Notes under the pieces: generated by a model
Database searches by the model: none
What the model was told of the DNA's origin: nothing
The model's input: the letters and a program-made list of their open reading frames with translations, nothing else
Translations under genes and position numbers: made by a program
IMG/VR virus record: IMGVR_UViG_3300043399_000587
Coordinates: 32,001-96,000 of that record
Strand: one strand, 5' to 3'
Length of the DNA: 64,000 nt
Origin: a virus
Shown: positions 48,080 through 58,105 of the stretch, in pieces
Layout: each line of letters opens with the position of its first letter
How positions within the stretch are numbered: the first letter of the stretch is position 1

Positions 48080-48655
48080 ATGAAAGCAAATGATTTTGTT
48101 AATGAAACTGCTGCTATTGAACTAGCTAAAAAATTGCCTAGTTTAGAAAAGCATGACTATAATACTATTGATAAACTCATGCAGAAAATTGCCAAAAAAC
48201 ACAGAATTACAGGTAAAATTTTGCATGACTTGTTTATCAAAAAGTATCGTTCTACTCCGGATAATTGGATCAAAAATAAATTGGATGAAACAGATGTTCA
48301 ATCCGATTTACAACAGGAAGTTGATAAGTTCGCAGATTGGGCTAGCAAAAGACTACATTTAAAAACAAGACCAGTTATAGAACTAAGTCAAGATACCGAA
48401 GAAGCACAAACAGGACATCATACAGGTAGACACACTGAAGGTGACAACAAAGTTTGGGTCTATGTTAAAAATAGAAACTTAGTTGATATATTGCGCACTG
48501 TATTTCATGAATTGGTTCACGTAAGACAAGGTGAACTAAGTATGATTAAGCCTGGTTCAAGCTATCCCGGTAGTCCAATAGAAGCCATGGCTGACATGCT
48601 GGCTGGAAAATATATCAAAATTTACGGCGAAAAAAATAGGCATATTTTTCAATGA
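48080..48655 (+). CDS. Zinc metallopeptidase-like protein (HExxH)
   Basis: RTVFHELVHVRQ..E..A; N-terminus MKANDFVNE. Confidence 0.7.
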   Translation: MKANDFVNETAAIELAKKLPSLEKHDYNTIDKLMQKIAKKHRITGKILHDLFIKKYRSTPDNWIKNKLDETDVQSDLQQEVDKFADWASKRLHLKTRPVIELSQDTEEAQTGHHTGRHTEGDNKVWVYVKNRNLVDILRTVFHELVHVRQGELSMIKPGSSYPGSPIEAMADMLAGKYIKIYGEKNRHIFQ

Positions 48656-49773
48656 CATACTACATCAAACCGATTAATATTTATGGATATCTCACAGATG
48701 ATCCTACTGCTCTAAAAAATTTAGAAACTATTGTAGTTCAAGTTAAGAATACTTCCGAAAATATTAATGCGGTTCCTTATCTATTATTGGTAGATGTAGT
48801 AGAAGGTAGGATATACAATGAAACTCATGATGCATATATCGAAAATATTAGGAGCATCTTAAAAAATCAAGGTGTTGAATATCAATTTATCTTAGATGGA
48901 GATTTTGAATCCGAAAGTAAAATATCAAAGCTACACAAAGACATTGTATATGTTAATTTTTTTGCAGCAGCATGTTATGCACACACATTATTATCACCGA
49001 ATCAACGAGTAAATCAAAAATGGAATAACAAAAGTTCTATGGGATTATACTTGCCAGGACAGCCAGATAGGCCACACAGGATAAAATTAATTGCTATGAT
49101 GTGGGAAAAAAAGTTACTGAACAAGTTAAATTATTCATTCTTTATTACCGATCTTGAAAAAAATAGCGTGTTCAATCAGAATCTGTTATCCTATGATAAA
49201 GAAAAATTTGATAGATTCCTAAATGAAACTCTTTGTAGTTTAGATATAATAGCTGGATCTGAAGATAGTTTTAATTACACCGGTTATCCATTTGATCACA
49301 GACTATACTCTAACACGTTATTTTCTGTCATATCAGAATCAGACTTCAAAAATGAATCAAACTGGAAACCTAAGTTAACTGAAAAAACATACAGAGCAAT
49401 GGTGAATAAACATCCATTTATTTGTGCTTGGTTTCCTGGTATGACAACTCACATAGAAAATTTAGGGTTTAAATCTTTCAAAGAATACATGTATTATCCA
49501 AATTACAACGATGAACCAGATTTAATTAGACGACTGAAGCATACAATTAAAAACATAGAAACATTCAGTAATCAAGTAATCACACACGTTGATAAAATAC
49601 GGGATGATGTAGAATTCAACTACAACCATTTTGTTTCATTAGCCAAATCAAATGCCCGAAAAATAGAATTACTGTTAGACAAACCACAACTACCGCAATA
49701 CAGTGTTACATTGACTGATATAGTTTCTTACTTTTTTCCATTAATGGCTAACTTAGTCAAAAAAATAAATTGA
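48652..49773 (+). CDS. Hypothetical protein, glycosyltransferase-like (GT-B-type C-terminus)
   Basis: R.HR, SVISES, LTEKTYRAM..KHPF, GFKSF motifs. Confidence 0.5.
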   Translation: MTYYIKPINIYGYLTDDPTALKNLETIVVQVKNTSENINAVPYLLLVDVVEGRIYNETHDAYIENIRSILKNQGVEYQFILDGDFESESKISKLHKDIVYVNFFAAACYAHTLLSPNQRVNQKWNNKSSMGLYLPGQPDRPHRIKLIAMMWEKKLLNKLNYSFFITDLEKNSVFNQNLLSYDKEKFDRFLNETLCSLDIIAGSEDSFNYTGYPFDHRLYSNTLFSVISESDFKNESNWKPKLTEKTYRAMVNKHPFICAWFPGMTTHIENLGFKSFKEYMYYPNYNDEPDLIRRLKHTIKNIETFSNQVITHVDKIRDDVEFNYNHFVSLAKSNARKIELLLDKPQLPQYSVTLTDIVSYFFPLMANLVKKIN

Positions 49774-49798
49774 CTCTAATTAAGTTTTGTGTTAGTAT
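49770..49798 (+). promoter_or_regulatory. Sigma70-type promoter
   Basis: TTGACT-17 nt-TAGTAT. Confidence 0.55.
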
Positions 49799-49808
49799 CA
49801 TTGATACT

Positions 49809-50399
49809 ATGATTAAACTTCTGTTTCCATTACCTCGGCATGTAACCGTTGCTTTCAGTGGCGGTGTCGATAGTGTTGCTGTTGTTGATTTTTTATCTAA
49901 AAATCACGATGTAACCTGTGCCTTTTATCATCACGGTACAAACAATAGTTACAGTGCATTTAAATTTGTAACTGAGTTTTGTACAGAAAGAAAGCTACCA
50001 CTATTAGTGGGAGTTTTGAATAAAGACAAACCCAAAAAAATGAGCTACGAAGAATTTTGGCGTGAGGAACGTTATAATTTTTTGTCTACATTAGGACCGG
50101 TTATTACAGCACATCATTTAGATGATGCAGTAGAAACATATCTATGGTCATCAATGCACGGTAACCCAAAAGTTCCTAAATTAATTCGTGGCAATGTTAT
50201 TCGTCCTTTTCTATGTACTCCCAAAAGTGAATTTATCAGTTGGTGCCATAGAAAAGAGCTGACATGGTGCGAAGACTTGAGCAATGAAGATCAACAATAC
50301 ACTCGCAATTACATCCGTAAAAATCTTGTACCACATGCAATGCATGTGAATCCCGGATTGCGTAAAACGGTGAAAAAAATTATTGAAAAACAGATGTAA
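49809..50399 (+). CDS. tilS: tRNA(Ile)-lysidine synthetase-like PP-loop ATPase (N-terminal domain only)
   Basis: SGGVDS, REERY, TAHHLDD.VET, IRP, D.SN....TRN.IR. Confidence 0.8.
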   Translation: MIKLLFPLPRHVTVAFSGGVDSVAVVDFLSKNHDVTCAFYHHGTNNSYSAFKFVTEFCTERKLPLLVGVLNKDKPKKMSYEEFWREERYNFLSTLGPVITAHHLDDAVETYLWSSMHGNPKVPKLIRGNVIRPFLCTPKSEFISWCHRKELTWCEDLSNEDQQYTRNYIRKNLVPHAMHVNPGLRKTVKKIIEKQM

Positions 50400-50432
50400 T
50401 TCATATACAATTAACACTTTAAAGGAGAACAC

Positions 50433-50696
50433 ATGTCCACAACTAAGACTTTTTCAGGCGATCAGAAAATCAAACTAACACAACTTATCAACGAGGGTAT
50501 GGCAGTCATGCACGAAATTGATACATTGCAGGGCGGACTTACCGATACAGTTAAAGCTGTAGCAGAAGAATTGGAAGTAAAACCTAGCGTATTAAAAAAG
50601 GCGATACGTATTGCACATAAAGCAAGCCTTACCCAGGCAAATCAAGAACATGAAGACCTAAACACTATTCTTGAAGCAGTTGGAAAGACACTATAA
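50433..50696 (+). CDS. Small dsDNA-binding protein (T4 DsbA/GapR-like)
   Basis: Helical 87-aa protein with VAEELEVKPSVLKKAIRIAHK; precedes polymerase. Confidence 0.55.
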   Translation: MSTTKTFSGDQKIKLTQLINEGMAVMHEIDTLQGGLTDTVKAVAEELEVKPSVLKKAIRIAHKASLTQANQEHEDLNTILEAVGKTL

Positions 50697-50956
50697 TGGG
50701 TTGCAGTTTAAAAGCCGTTTACGAAGACGAAGAAGATTGGGAGCGTCTTCAAAAAGAAAACAATCTACCCTTAGAGTGGAAAGTATATAGTCGTGAGCAT
50801 CATTTTGCCCGACAAATGTATAGTAAAGGGTACAAAAATATACGACTAAAATTGGCAGTTAATCATGCTATTGAATTAGAAAAACTTCAACTGCGCCACG
50901 CAAAAGAATGGCAGGAGTTGGAACAATTAGTAGAATTAGAATTAAAATATAAATGA
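50696..50956 (+). CDS. Hypothetical protein
   Basis: Overlapping start/stop with neighbours. Confidence 0.55.
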   Translation: MGCSLKAVYEDEEDWERLQKENNLPLEWKVYSREHHFARQMYSKGYKNIRLKLAVNHAIELEKLQLRHAKEWQELEQLVELELKYK

Positions 50957-53658
50957 GCTACATTGATGCTATCCATGACCGCGAAAGTGATAGAATCTTC
51001 GTAGTAGAACGTGACACCAACGGTAATAGAACTTATAAAGAATATCCGTGCAATTATACGTTTTACTATAGCGATCCTAAAGGAAAGCAACGTAGCATTT
51101 ACGGCGATCCTGTAAGCAAGTTCAGTAGTCGTAAACGTCAAGAATTTGAAAAAGAAAAACGAATTCATGCAAACAAGAAATTGTTTGAAAGTGATATTAA
51201 CGTTGTATTCCGTTGCCTCAGTGAGAATTATCTAGGAGTTGAGCCTCCTAAACTTCATACATGTTTCTTTGACATTGAAGTTGACTTTGATCCTGAAAAG
51301 GGGTTTAGTCCAACTAGTGATCCATTTAATCCAGTTACTGCTATCAGTTGTTATTTGGATTGGCTTGATCAACTAATTACATTGGTCATTGCTCCTCGAC
51401 ACATGAGTCCTGAATCTGCACGTGAGATATGCAACCAGTTTGATAATTGTTTGCTATTTGAAAATGAGAAGGAAATGTTTGAAGCATTCTTCCAACTCAT
51501 TGAAGATGCTGACGTATTGACAGGTTGGAACTCAGAGGGATACGATATTCCATATATGGTTAATCGTGTAACACGTGTATTGAGTAAGGATGACACTCGT
51601 AAATTCTGTTTACTTGGGCAAATGCCTAAGTCCAGAACTTATGAGCGTTTCGGTAAAGAAGAAACTACATATGATTTAGTGGGTCGTGTTCATATGGACT
51701 ATTTACAGTTGTACAAAAAGTACAACTACGAAAGTCGTCATAGCTATTCACTTGATGCAATCGGTGAAATGGAAGTTAATGAACGCAAAACACAGTATGA
51801 AGGAACTCTTGACCAGTTGTATAATAAAGACTTTAAGACATTTATCCAGTATAATAGACAGGATACAATGTTGATGGTCAAGATTCACAATAAACTTAAG
51901 TTTTTAGATTTAGCTAATGCACTAGCACATGAAAATACCGTGCTATTGCCAACTGTCATGGGGTCTGTTGCAATGATTGAAATGGCAATCATGAATGAGG
52001 CTCATGAACGTGGTATGGTAGTACCCGATAAAAAACGAAAGGAAATGCATAATGATGAACAAAAAGCGGCAGGTGCCTATGTTGCTACTCCCAAAAGGGG
52101 CATCCACGAATGGGTCGGGGCAGTTGATATCAACTCGCTCTATCCCTCGGTTATTAGAGCCCTCAACATGGCTCCAGAAACAATCATTGCACAAGTCCGG
52201 CAGTCTCTCACAGGACAATACATGCAAGATAAAGGAAGAAAATTAGCCAGTGAAAAGAAAAACTATAAAGAAGATGATGATGCTGTAACTGGTAGTATTT
52301 TATGGGAAGGTTTGTTTGGTAGTTTAGAATACACTGCCATAATGAACTGTGAGCGTGGTACTATGCTTACACTAGACTATGAAGATGGTCGAAGTGAAGA
52401 AATGAGTGCTGCTGAAATCTGGAAACTTATCTTTGATAGTCATAAACCATATATGATTAGTGCCAATGGTACTATTTTTACTTATGAAAAAGAAGGTGTG
52501 ATTCCAGGACTACTCACACGTTGGTATACAGAACGTAAAGCAACTCAAAAGCAAGCTAAAGAAGCAAAAGATAAAGCAGAGTTTGAATATTACGACAAGC
52601 GACAACTTGTTCGTAAGATTTTGCTTAACAGTGCTTATGGCGCACTATTGAATGAGCATTGTCGCTTTTATGACAAGCGTATAGGACAAAGTGTAACATT
52701 GTCGGGACGACAAATTGTTAAACACATGATGAGTCAAATTAATTTGATTGTAGCAGGTGAATACAATCACGAAGGTCCTGCAATTGTATATGGTGATACT
52801 GATAGCTGCTACTTCAGTGCGTATCCAATCTTCAAAGAACAAATCGATAAAGGTGAGTTTAAATGGAGTAAAGAAGCCTGTATACAAATTTACGATGCAA
52901 TAGCTGACGAAGCTAACTCTAGCTTCCCTACATTTATGGAACGTGCGTTTCATGCACCTCGAAAGAATGGTGAAATCATTAAAGCAGGTCGTGAACTGAT
53001 CGGTGATCGTAGTATTTTTATCACTAAGAAGCATTACGCTATCAACATCTATGATAAAGAAGGCAAGCGTAAAGATAAAGATGGTAAGTTAGGTGATATC
53101 AAGGCTATGGGTCTTGACTTAAAACGTGCCGACACTCCTAAGTACGTACAAGAGTTTTTGATGAACGTATTGAAGATGGTTATTCAAGAAGGTAAAGGTC
53201 GTAATGAAGTGATTGATGCAATCAAGGATTTCAAAAAGATTTTATCTGCACAAGATTCATGGACTAAAGGTTCACCTAAATCAGTAAATAACTTGACTAG
53301 GCATACTGAAAACTGGGAAAAGACTGGCAAGTGTAGTGTTGGTCATGCTATGGCAGCTATTAATTATAACTATCTGCGTAGAGTTAACGGTGATAACTAT
53401 TCTATGAAGATTGTTGATGGAATGAAGGTTATTGTTTGTAAACTTAAACCCAATCCATTGAACTTTACTAGTATTGCTTATCCAACTGATGAACTTAGAC
53501 TGCCACGATGGTTCTGTGAATTACCATTTGATGACAATAAAATGGAACGCACCCTAGTAGACGAAAAAATTGAGAACTTATTGGGCGTTCTTAATTGGGA
53601 TCTACGTAGCAATACTAATACGAATAGCACGTTCGATCAACTATTCAGCTTCGGATAA
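50953..53658 (+). CDS. DNA polymerase family B (gp43-like)
   Basis: Exo FDIE, GWNS..YD, YN..D; pol DINSLYPS, KILLNSAYG, YGDTDS; uninterrupted. Confidence 0.97.
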   Translation: MSYIDAIHDRESDRIFVVERDTNGNRTYKEYPCNYTFYYSDPKGKQRSIYGDPVSKFSSRKRQEFEKEKRIHANKKLFESDINVVFRCLSENYLGVEPPKLHTCFFDIEVDFDPEKGFSPTSDPFNPVTAISCYLDWLDQLITLVIAPRHMSPESAREICNQFDNCLLFENEKEMFEAFFQLIEDADVLTGWNSEGYDIPYMVNRVTRVLSKDDTRKFCLLGQMPKSRTYERFGKEETTYDLVGRVHMDYLQLYKKYNYESRHSYSLDAIGEMEVNERKTQYEGTLDQLYNKDFKTFIQYNRQDTMLMVKIHNKLKFLDLANALAHENTVLLPTVMGSVAMIEMAIMNEAHERGMVVPDKKRKEMHNDEQKAAGAYVATPKRGIHEWVGAVDINSLYPSVIRALNMAPETIIAQVRQSLTGQYMQDKGRKLASEKKNYKEDDDAVTGSILWEGLFGSLEYTAIMNCERGTMLTLDYEDGRSEEMSAAEIWKLIFDSHKPYMISANGTIFTYEKEGVIPGLLTRWYTERKATQKQAKEAKDKAEFEYYDKRQLVRKILLNSAYGALLNEHCRFYDKRIGQSVTLSGRQIVKHMMSQINLIVAGEYNHEGPAIVYGDTDSCYFSAYPIFKEQIDKGEFKWSKEACIQIYDAIADEANSSFPTFMERAFHAPRKNGEIIKAGRELIGDRSIFITKKHYAINIYDKEGKRKDKDGKLGDIKAMGLDLKRADTPKYVQEFLMNVLKMVIQEGKGRNEVIDAIKDFKKILSAQDSWTKGSPKSVNNLTRHTENWEKTGKCSVGHAMAAINYNYLRRVNGDNYSMKIVDGMKVIVCKLKPNPLNFTSIAYPTDELRLPRWFCELPFDDNKMERTLVDEKIENLLGVLNWDLRSNTNTNSTFDQLFSFG

Positions 53659-53739
53659 ATTGCAGCTTGACGTTTGCAATAAATTCCACTATATTACACA
53701 ATGATACAGCCTAAATAAATTAACACATAAAGGATAAAC

Positions 53740-54471
53740 ATGAAAGACTATTTACTTGACCTCATTCAACACACTCATGGTCTGGGCGAGATTGACCTCG
53801 TTAAAATCACCGGCACTGACAAAGAAACGCAGATTAATGCCGTAGCAGAAAACAAATCTGTTGTTGTTAGTGGAACTTTTAAAACTCCAATCGCAGATTT
53901 TATCGGTATATTTGGTATGCCCAATCTTGGCAAACTAAAGACTATTCTGAGTTTTGATGAGTATGATGACACCTCTAAAATTAATGTGACACGCACTAAG
54001 CGTGACAATGAAGATGTTCCTACTACAATTCACTTTGAAACAAAATCAGGTGACTTTATTAATGATTATAGGCTCATGTCTAAGACTATCGTAGAAGAAA
54101 AGGTTCGCACACTTATGTTTAAGGGTGCAAATTGGAACGTTGAATTTGAGCCCAGTGTTGCAGGTATCCTTCGCTTGAAAAAACAAGCAAGTGCCAACCA
54201 CGAAGAACAACATTTTACCATGACTACTGTTGGTACTGACTTGAAAATCAACTTCGGTGATCCTAGTACTCATAGCGGTAACTTTGTATTTTATGCAGGT
54301 GTTAGTGGCAAGCTTTCCCAACCTTGGAAGTGGCCTGTTAGAGTATTTCAATCTATCATGGATCTTCCAGGTGACAAGAAAGTAAAGATTGCTGATCAGG
54401 GCGCCACGGAAATTACAGTTGATAGTCCGTTTGCGACTTACAAGTATCTATTGCCTGCACAATCAAAATGA
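53740..54471 (+). CDS. Probable sliding clamp (gp45-like)
   Basis: 243 aa immediately after polB; clamp-like beta/alpha pattern ending YKYLLPA. Confidence 0.6.
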   Translation: MKDYLLDLIQHTHGLGEIDLVKITGTDKETQINAVAENKSVVVSGTFKTPIADFIGIFGMPNLGKLKTILSFDEYDDTSKINVTRTKRDNEDVPTTIHFETKSGDFINDYRLMSKTIVEEKVRTLMFKGANWNVEFEPSVAGILRLKKQASANHEEQHFTMTTVGTDLKINFGDPSTHSGNFVFYAGVSGKLSQPWKWPVRVFQSIMDLPGDKKVKIADQGATEITVDSPFATYKYLLPAQSK

Positions 54472-54848
54472 TTAAAGGAATATCCGCCGGTCAAGGTATA
54501 ATAGTACAGGGAGGCGGTGTTCCGCACATATCTAAATCATATAGCAGTTCAACTACGTATCTAGTAGGTTCTGTCATGTTTGATTTAGATCAGCAGTGTC
54601 TTAAAGTATACGATGGCTCTGCATGGCAAACATGTTCTGGTGGCTTTGTTCAAATATCATTTGATAATGAAACAAAAAGTTTGTTAGAGTGGGCTAAGCA
54701 AAAGAGGCAAGAAGAACATGAACTCGATGCTCTTGCTCAGACTAATCCTACTATCAAAGACCTTATCAGACAAATAAAAGAAAAAGAAGAACAAATTTTG
54801 ATTGTACAACAATTAATTAAAGAAGAAGTCAAAGTTGAAGCAAATTAA
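54468..54848 (+). CDS. Hypothetical protein
   Basis: ATGA overlap; KVYDGSAW motif. Confidence 0.6.
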   Translation: MIKGISAGQGIIVQGGGVPHISKSYSSSTTYLVGSVMFDLDQQCLKVYDGSAWQTCSGGFVQISFDNETKSLLEWAKQKRQEEHELDALAQTNPTIKDLIRQIKEKEEQILIVQQLIKEEVKVEAN

Positions 54849-56373
54849 TTTATCAAATCAACAAAATCCCGACTGGGCACTGTTTTTGCCGGCAGTGTCT
54901 AGTTTCTTTATTACTGGTTTGGGTAAACAGCGTGAAGGTGAAAATTATTTTGAAGCTAACCGTATACCTGCAGGTTTTAACGGTGATGTTGAATGCTTGA
55001 ATTTCTTAAACAGTAAGCAAGGACTATTCACATACAAGTGGGGTTTGTACTCTGCTGGCCATGCTAACTTAGATCCAACTAAAAACGATAACGCAGAATC
55101 TATCATTCGTAAACGTGAAAGTGGTACGTTTATGTTAGGTGATAGCGGTGGCTTTCAAATTCTTAAAGGTCAATGGCCCGCTGACTGGAAAGATCCTAAT
55201 TGTCCTAAGGCATTGGCAAAGCGTAAAGAAGTACTACTATGGATGGACACATACATGGATTACGGCATGTGTTTGGACGTACCCAGTGAGAGCTATAGAA
55301 ACACAAAAGCATTCGAACAACACAAAATTCGTAATCTTGCTGATGCTGTAAAAGCCACACATATAAATAACGAATACTTTATCAAAAATCGTAACGGTAA
55401 TTGCAAATTCTTAAACGTCATGCAAGGACTAACGCATGAAGATAGTGATAGCTGGTACGAAGAAATGAAAAAGTACTGTGATCCAAAAGTATACCCTGAT
55501 AATCATTTCAATGGCTGGGCATTTGGTGGTCAGAATAAGATTGACGTAGACTTGATGTTGCGTAGGCTTGTTGGTATTATTCATGATGGTTTACTACAAG
55601 AAGGTAAGCACGATTTACTTCACTGCTTGGGTGTAAGTATCATGGAGTACGCTGTACTCTTTAGTGACATACAACGAGCCATACGAAAATATCATAATCC
55701 CAAATTTCAAATTACTTTTGACTGTGCTAGTCCATTTTTTAGTGCGGCTAAAGGTCTTGCTTATTTCAATACTAGCATTGAGCACAACAAGAAGTGGTCT
55801 TACAGTATGGAAAAGACCGCAGAAAATAAAGATTATGCCAACGATAACCGTAAGTTTATCGACGCTGTTTTACAAGACGGCATCCATAAGTTATTTGCAG
55901 ATAGTCCAGTTACTGATAGAATGTTAGTTCGTGACTTGTGTTATCGTGGTCATGGATTTATAAACAATCAAGGTAAAGAAACAAAAACAAGTTGGGACAC
56001 ATTAAGTTATACGTTGTTACAAGCACATAATGTTTATCAACATATTGTAGCAGTACAAGAAGCTAATCGTAGATATGGACAAGGTATAATGCCTAAGATG
56101 CTAATAAACAAATTTGAAGATATGCATTTTGGAGATGTCATTGACGAAATTTTTAAACTTAACAACAAAGATAAAAGTTTAGCATTAATTAAACAACATG
56201 AGAATCTATGGACTCAAATGCAAAGTGGTAGCCAAGGATTGAGTGGTAAAAAAACAATTAACGCAATCACTATGTTTAATAAGCTATTTGAAGATCAACC
56301 TAATTTTGAATCGGAATTAGTTGATAACGAAGATGACGGAAACGAAATTATTAATTCGGCATTAGGAGAATGA
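54835..56373 (+). CDS. tRNA-guanine transglycosylase-fold protein, DpdA-like (7-deazaguanine insertion into DNA)
   Basis: TGT signatures DSGGFQ, LD.P, V.QG, GWAFGG, H.LG, FDCAS; cluster with queD and folE. Confidence 0.7.
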   Translation: MKQINLSNQQNPDWALFLPAVSSFFITGLGKQREGENYFEANRIPAGFNGDVECLNFLNSKQGLFTYKWGLYSAGHANLDPTKNDNAESIIRKRESGTFMLGDSGGFQILKGQWPADWKDPNCPKALAKRKEVLLWMDTYMDYGMCLDVPSESYRNTKAFEQHKIRNLADAVKATHINNEYFIKNRNGNCKFLNVMQGLTHEDSDSWYEEMKKYCDPKVYPDNHFNGWAFGGQNKIDVDLMLRRLVGIIHDGLLQEGKHDLLHCLGVSIMEYAVLFSDIQRAIRKYHNPKFQITFDCASPFFSAAKGLAYFNTSIEHNKKWSYSMEKTAENKDYANDNRKFIDAVLQDGIHKLFADSPVTDRMLVRDLCYRGHGFINNQGKETKTSWDTLSYTLLQAHNVYQHIVAVQEANRRYGQGIMPKMLINKFEDMHFGDVIDEIFKLNNKDKSLALIKQHENLWTQMQSGSQGLSGKKTINAITMFNKLFEDQPNFESELVDNEDDGNEIINSALGE

Positions 56374-56374
56374 T

Positions 56375-56578
56375 ATGTATAGTGAAAAAATTCGTAGACT
56401 TGAAAACGTGTTCGCGGATCAAACAACAAAGATTGATCTTTTAAAAAATGATGCTAGTAAAGCAATGGAATTAAAAACGTTAATAGAACAACGATCAAAC
56501 ACGTTAACTGAATTGAGCAAGTTGAGACGTTTACAATATGAAGAACATGAAAGAGTTAGATTTGATGATGACCGCTGA
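56375..56578 (+). CDS. Hypothetical coiled-coil protein
   Basis: GGAG RBS; short ORF. Confidence 0.55.
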   Translation: MYSEKIRRLENVFADQTTKIDLLKNDASKAMELKTLIEQRSNTLTELSKLRRLQYEEHERVRFDDDR

Positions 56579-56674
56579 AATTAAAATATACGGAAAGTCT
56601 AAACATAAACTTAATCCTTTATAATTGCTTTTCGTGTTTCAATAACTTAAAATACATGTCAAGAAAGAAATAAT

Positions 56675-57130
56675 ATGAACATGCAACGTGATACCGAGCT
56701 TCAACTGAAGCGTGAAAGAATTCGTAATAAAGCTAATAGAATGATCTGGGTTACCTTTAGAAAAGAAGGTGTTCATAAATATCCGGCGGCAGCCAGCGAT
56801 CCGAAACTTAAAACAGAAGATATGTATGATGTTTCTTTTTTGGGTTATCCTCATAGACATATTTTTCATTTTAATGTTGCTATTCAAGTTTGGCATAACG
56901 ATAGGGATATAGAATTCATCCAATTTAAGCGTTGGCTTGAACAATTGTGTGACCAAGGTTTATTGTCTCTAGACTTTAAAAGCTGCGAAATGATTAGTGA
57001 TGACTTGTATGAACTAATTGCTAATCGTTATCCAGGACGTGACATTGAAATTACCGTCAGTGAAGATGGTGAAAACGGTGCCACAATTCATTATAAAACT
57101 CATCAACCTATTCAACAACTAGCCATATAA
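56675..57130 (+). CDS. QueD-like (T-fold, 6-pyruvoyltetrahydropterin synthase-like) protein
   Basis: EGVH, GYPHRHIFHF, DRDIEFI.FK, SCEM, VSEDGENG. Confidence 0.65.
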   Translation: MNMQRDTELQLKRERIRNKANRMIWVTFRKEGVHKYPAAASDPKLKTEDMYDVSFLGYPHRHIFHFNVAIQVWHNDRDIEFIQFKRWLEQLCDQGLLSLDFKSCEMISDDLYELIANRYPGRDIEITVSEDGENGATIHYKTHQPIQQLAI

Positions 57131-57141
57131 GGAGAAACGTA

Positions 57142-57351
57142 ATGGCAAAACCTGATATTAAACCTAATCCTCGTGTTAATCAAATTTTTGAGGACTTAGA
57201 AAAGTATCTTGAATTCTGTAAGACTTATGGTTATAAGTTTGACGAAGCCGAGATATACAATAATAAAAGTTTTATATATCGACAGTTTACTAAATATCTT
57301 ACAGGAAAACCTGTAAAAGATATGTGGGAAACTGATGCTAAAACCGAATAA
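57142..57351 (+). CDS. Hypothetical protein
   Basis: AAGGAG RBS. Confidence 0.65.
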   Translation: MAKPDIKPNPRVNQIFEDLEKYLEFCKTYGYKFDEAEIYNNKSFIYRQFTKYLTGKPVKDMWETDAKTE

Positions 57352-58105
57352 AGTTGTACTGGTGACCGGAGGATTTGATCCTATTCACTCCGGTCACATC
57401 GAGTATTTCAAAGCAGCAAAAGAATTGGGAGACATTCTAGTAGTAGGACTTAATTCTGATGCATGGTTGGCCCGTAAAAAGGGCCAACCTTTTATGCCAT
57501 TTATAGAACGACACAGTATTATCGAACATTTGTATATGGTAGATCATTGTATCATTTTCAATGATAATGACGACTCTAGTATTGAGGCGATTAAAAATGT
57601 AAGAATGCTATATCCAGACTGTGAAATAGTTTTTGCCAACGGCGGTGATCGAACTAAAGAAAACATACTCGAAATGCAACACCAAGATTCAAATCTAACG
57701 TTTGAATTTGAAGTGGGTGGAGCTATTAAAAAAAATAGTTCTAGTTGGCTGTTACAAGAATGGAAAAATCCTAAATACAAACGGCCATGGGGATGGTATC
57801 GGGTACTAGATGACAAACCTGGTTATAAAGTAAAAGAATTAGTTATAGAACCGGGTGAAAAACTAAGTATGCAACGTCACCTTTTACGATCGGAGCATTG
57901 GTATGTTCTTAAGGGCAAATGCGATGTTGCAACTATATACAATAATGTTAAAATGACAATCACAAAGGAAGTAAACGAAACCTACATCATTGGGCAAGGT
58001 GTTTGGCATCAAGGTCAAAATAATTACGCTGACCCGTGTCATATACTAGAAGTTCAATATGGTCTACGTTGTGTAGAAGAAGATATAGAGAGAAAAGATG
58101 CGTAA
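57335..58105 (+). CDS. Cytidylyltransferase fused to mannose-6-phosphate isomerase-type cupin
   Basis: TGGFDPIHSGH, GLNSD, ANGGDR, SSS; RPWG.Y, LSMQRH..RSEHW, EVQYG..EEDIER. Confidence 0.85.
   Translation: MLKPNKVVLVTGGFDPIHSGHIEYFKAAKELGDILVVGLNSDAWLARKKGQPFMPFIERHSIIEHLYMVDHCIIFNDNDDSSIEAIKNVRMLYPDCEIVFANGGDRTKENILEMQHQDSNLTFEFEVGGAIKKNSSSWLLQEWKNPKYKRPWGWYRVLDDKPGYKVKELVIEPGEKLSMQRHLLRSEHWYVLKGKCDVATIYNNVKMTITKEVNETYIIGQGVWHQGQNNYADPCHILEVQYGLRCVEEDIERKDA

Noticed and set aside
50953-53658. Intron or intein in DNA polymerase
   Set aside because: 901-aa ORF is continuous with normally spaced PolB motifs
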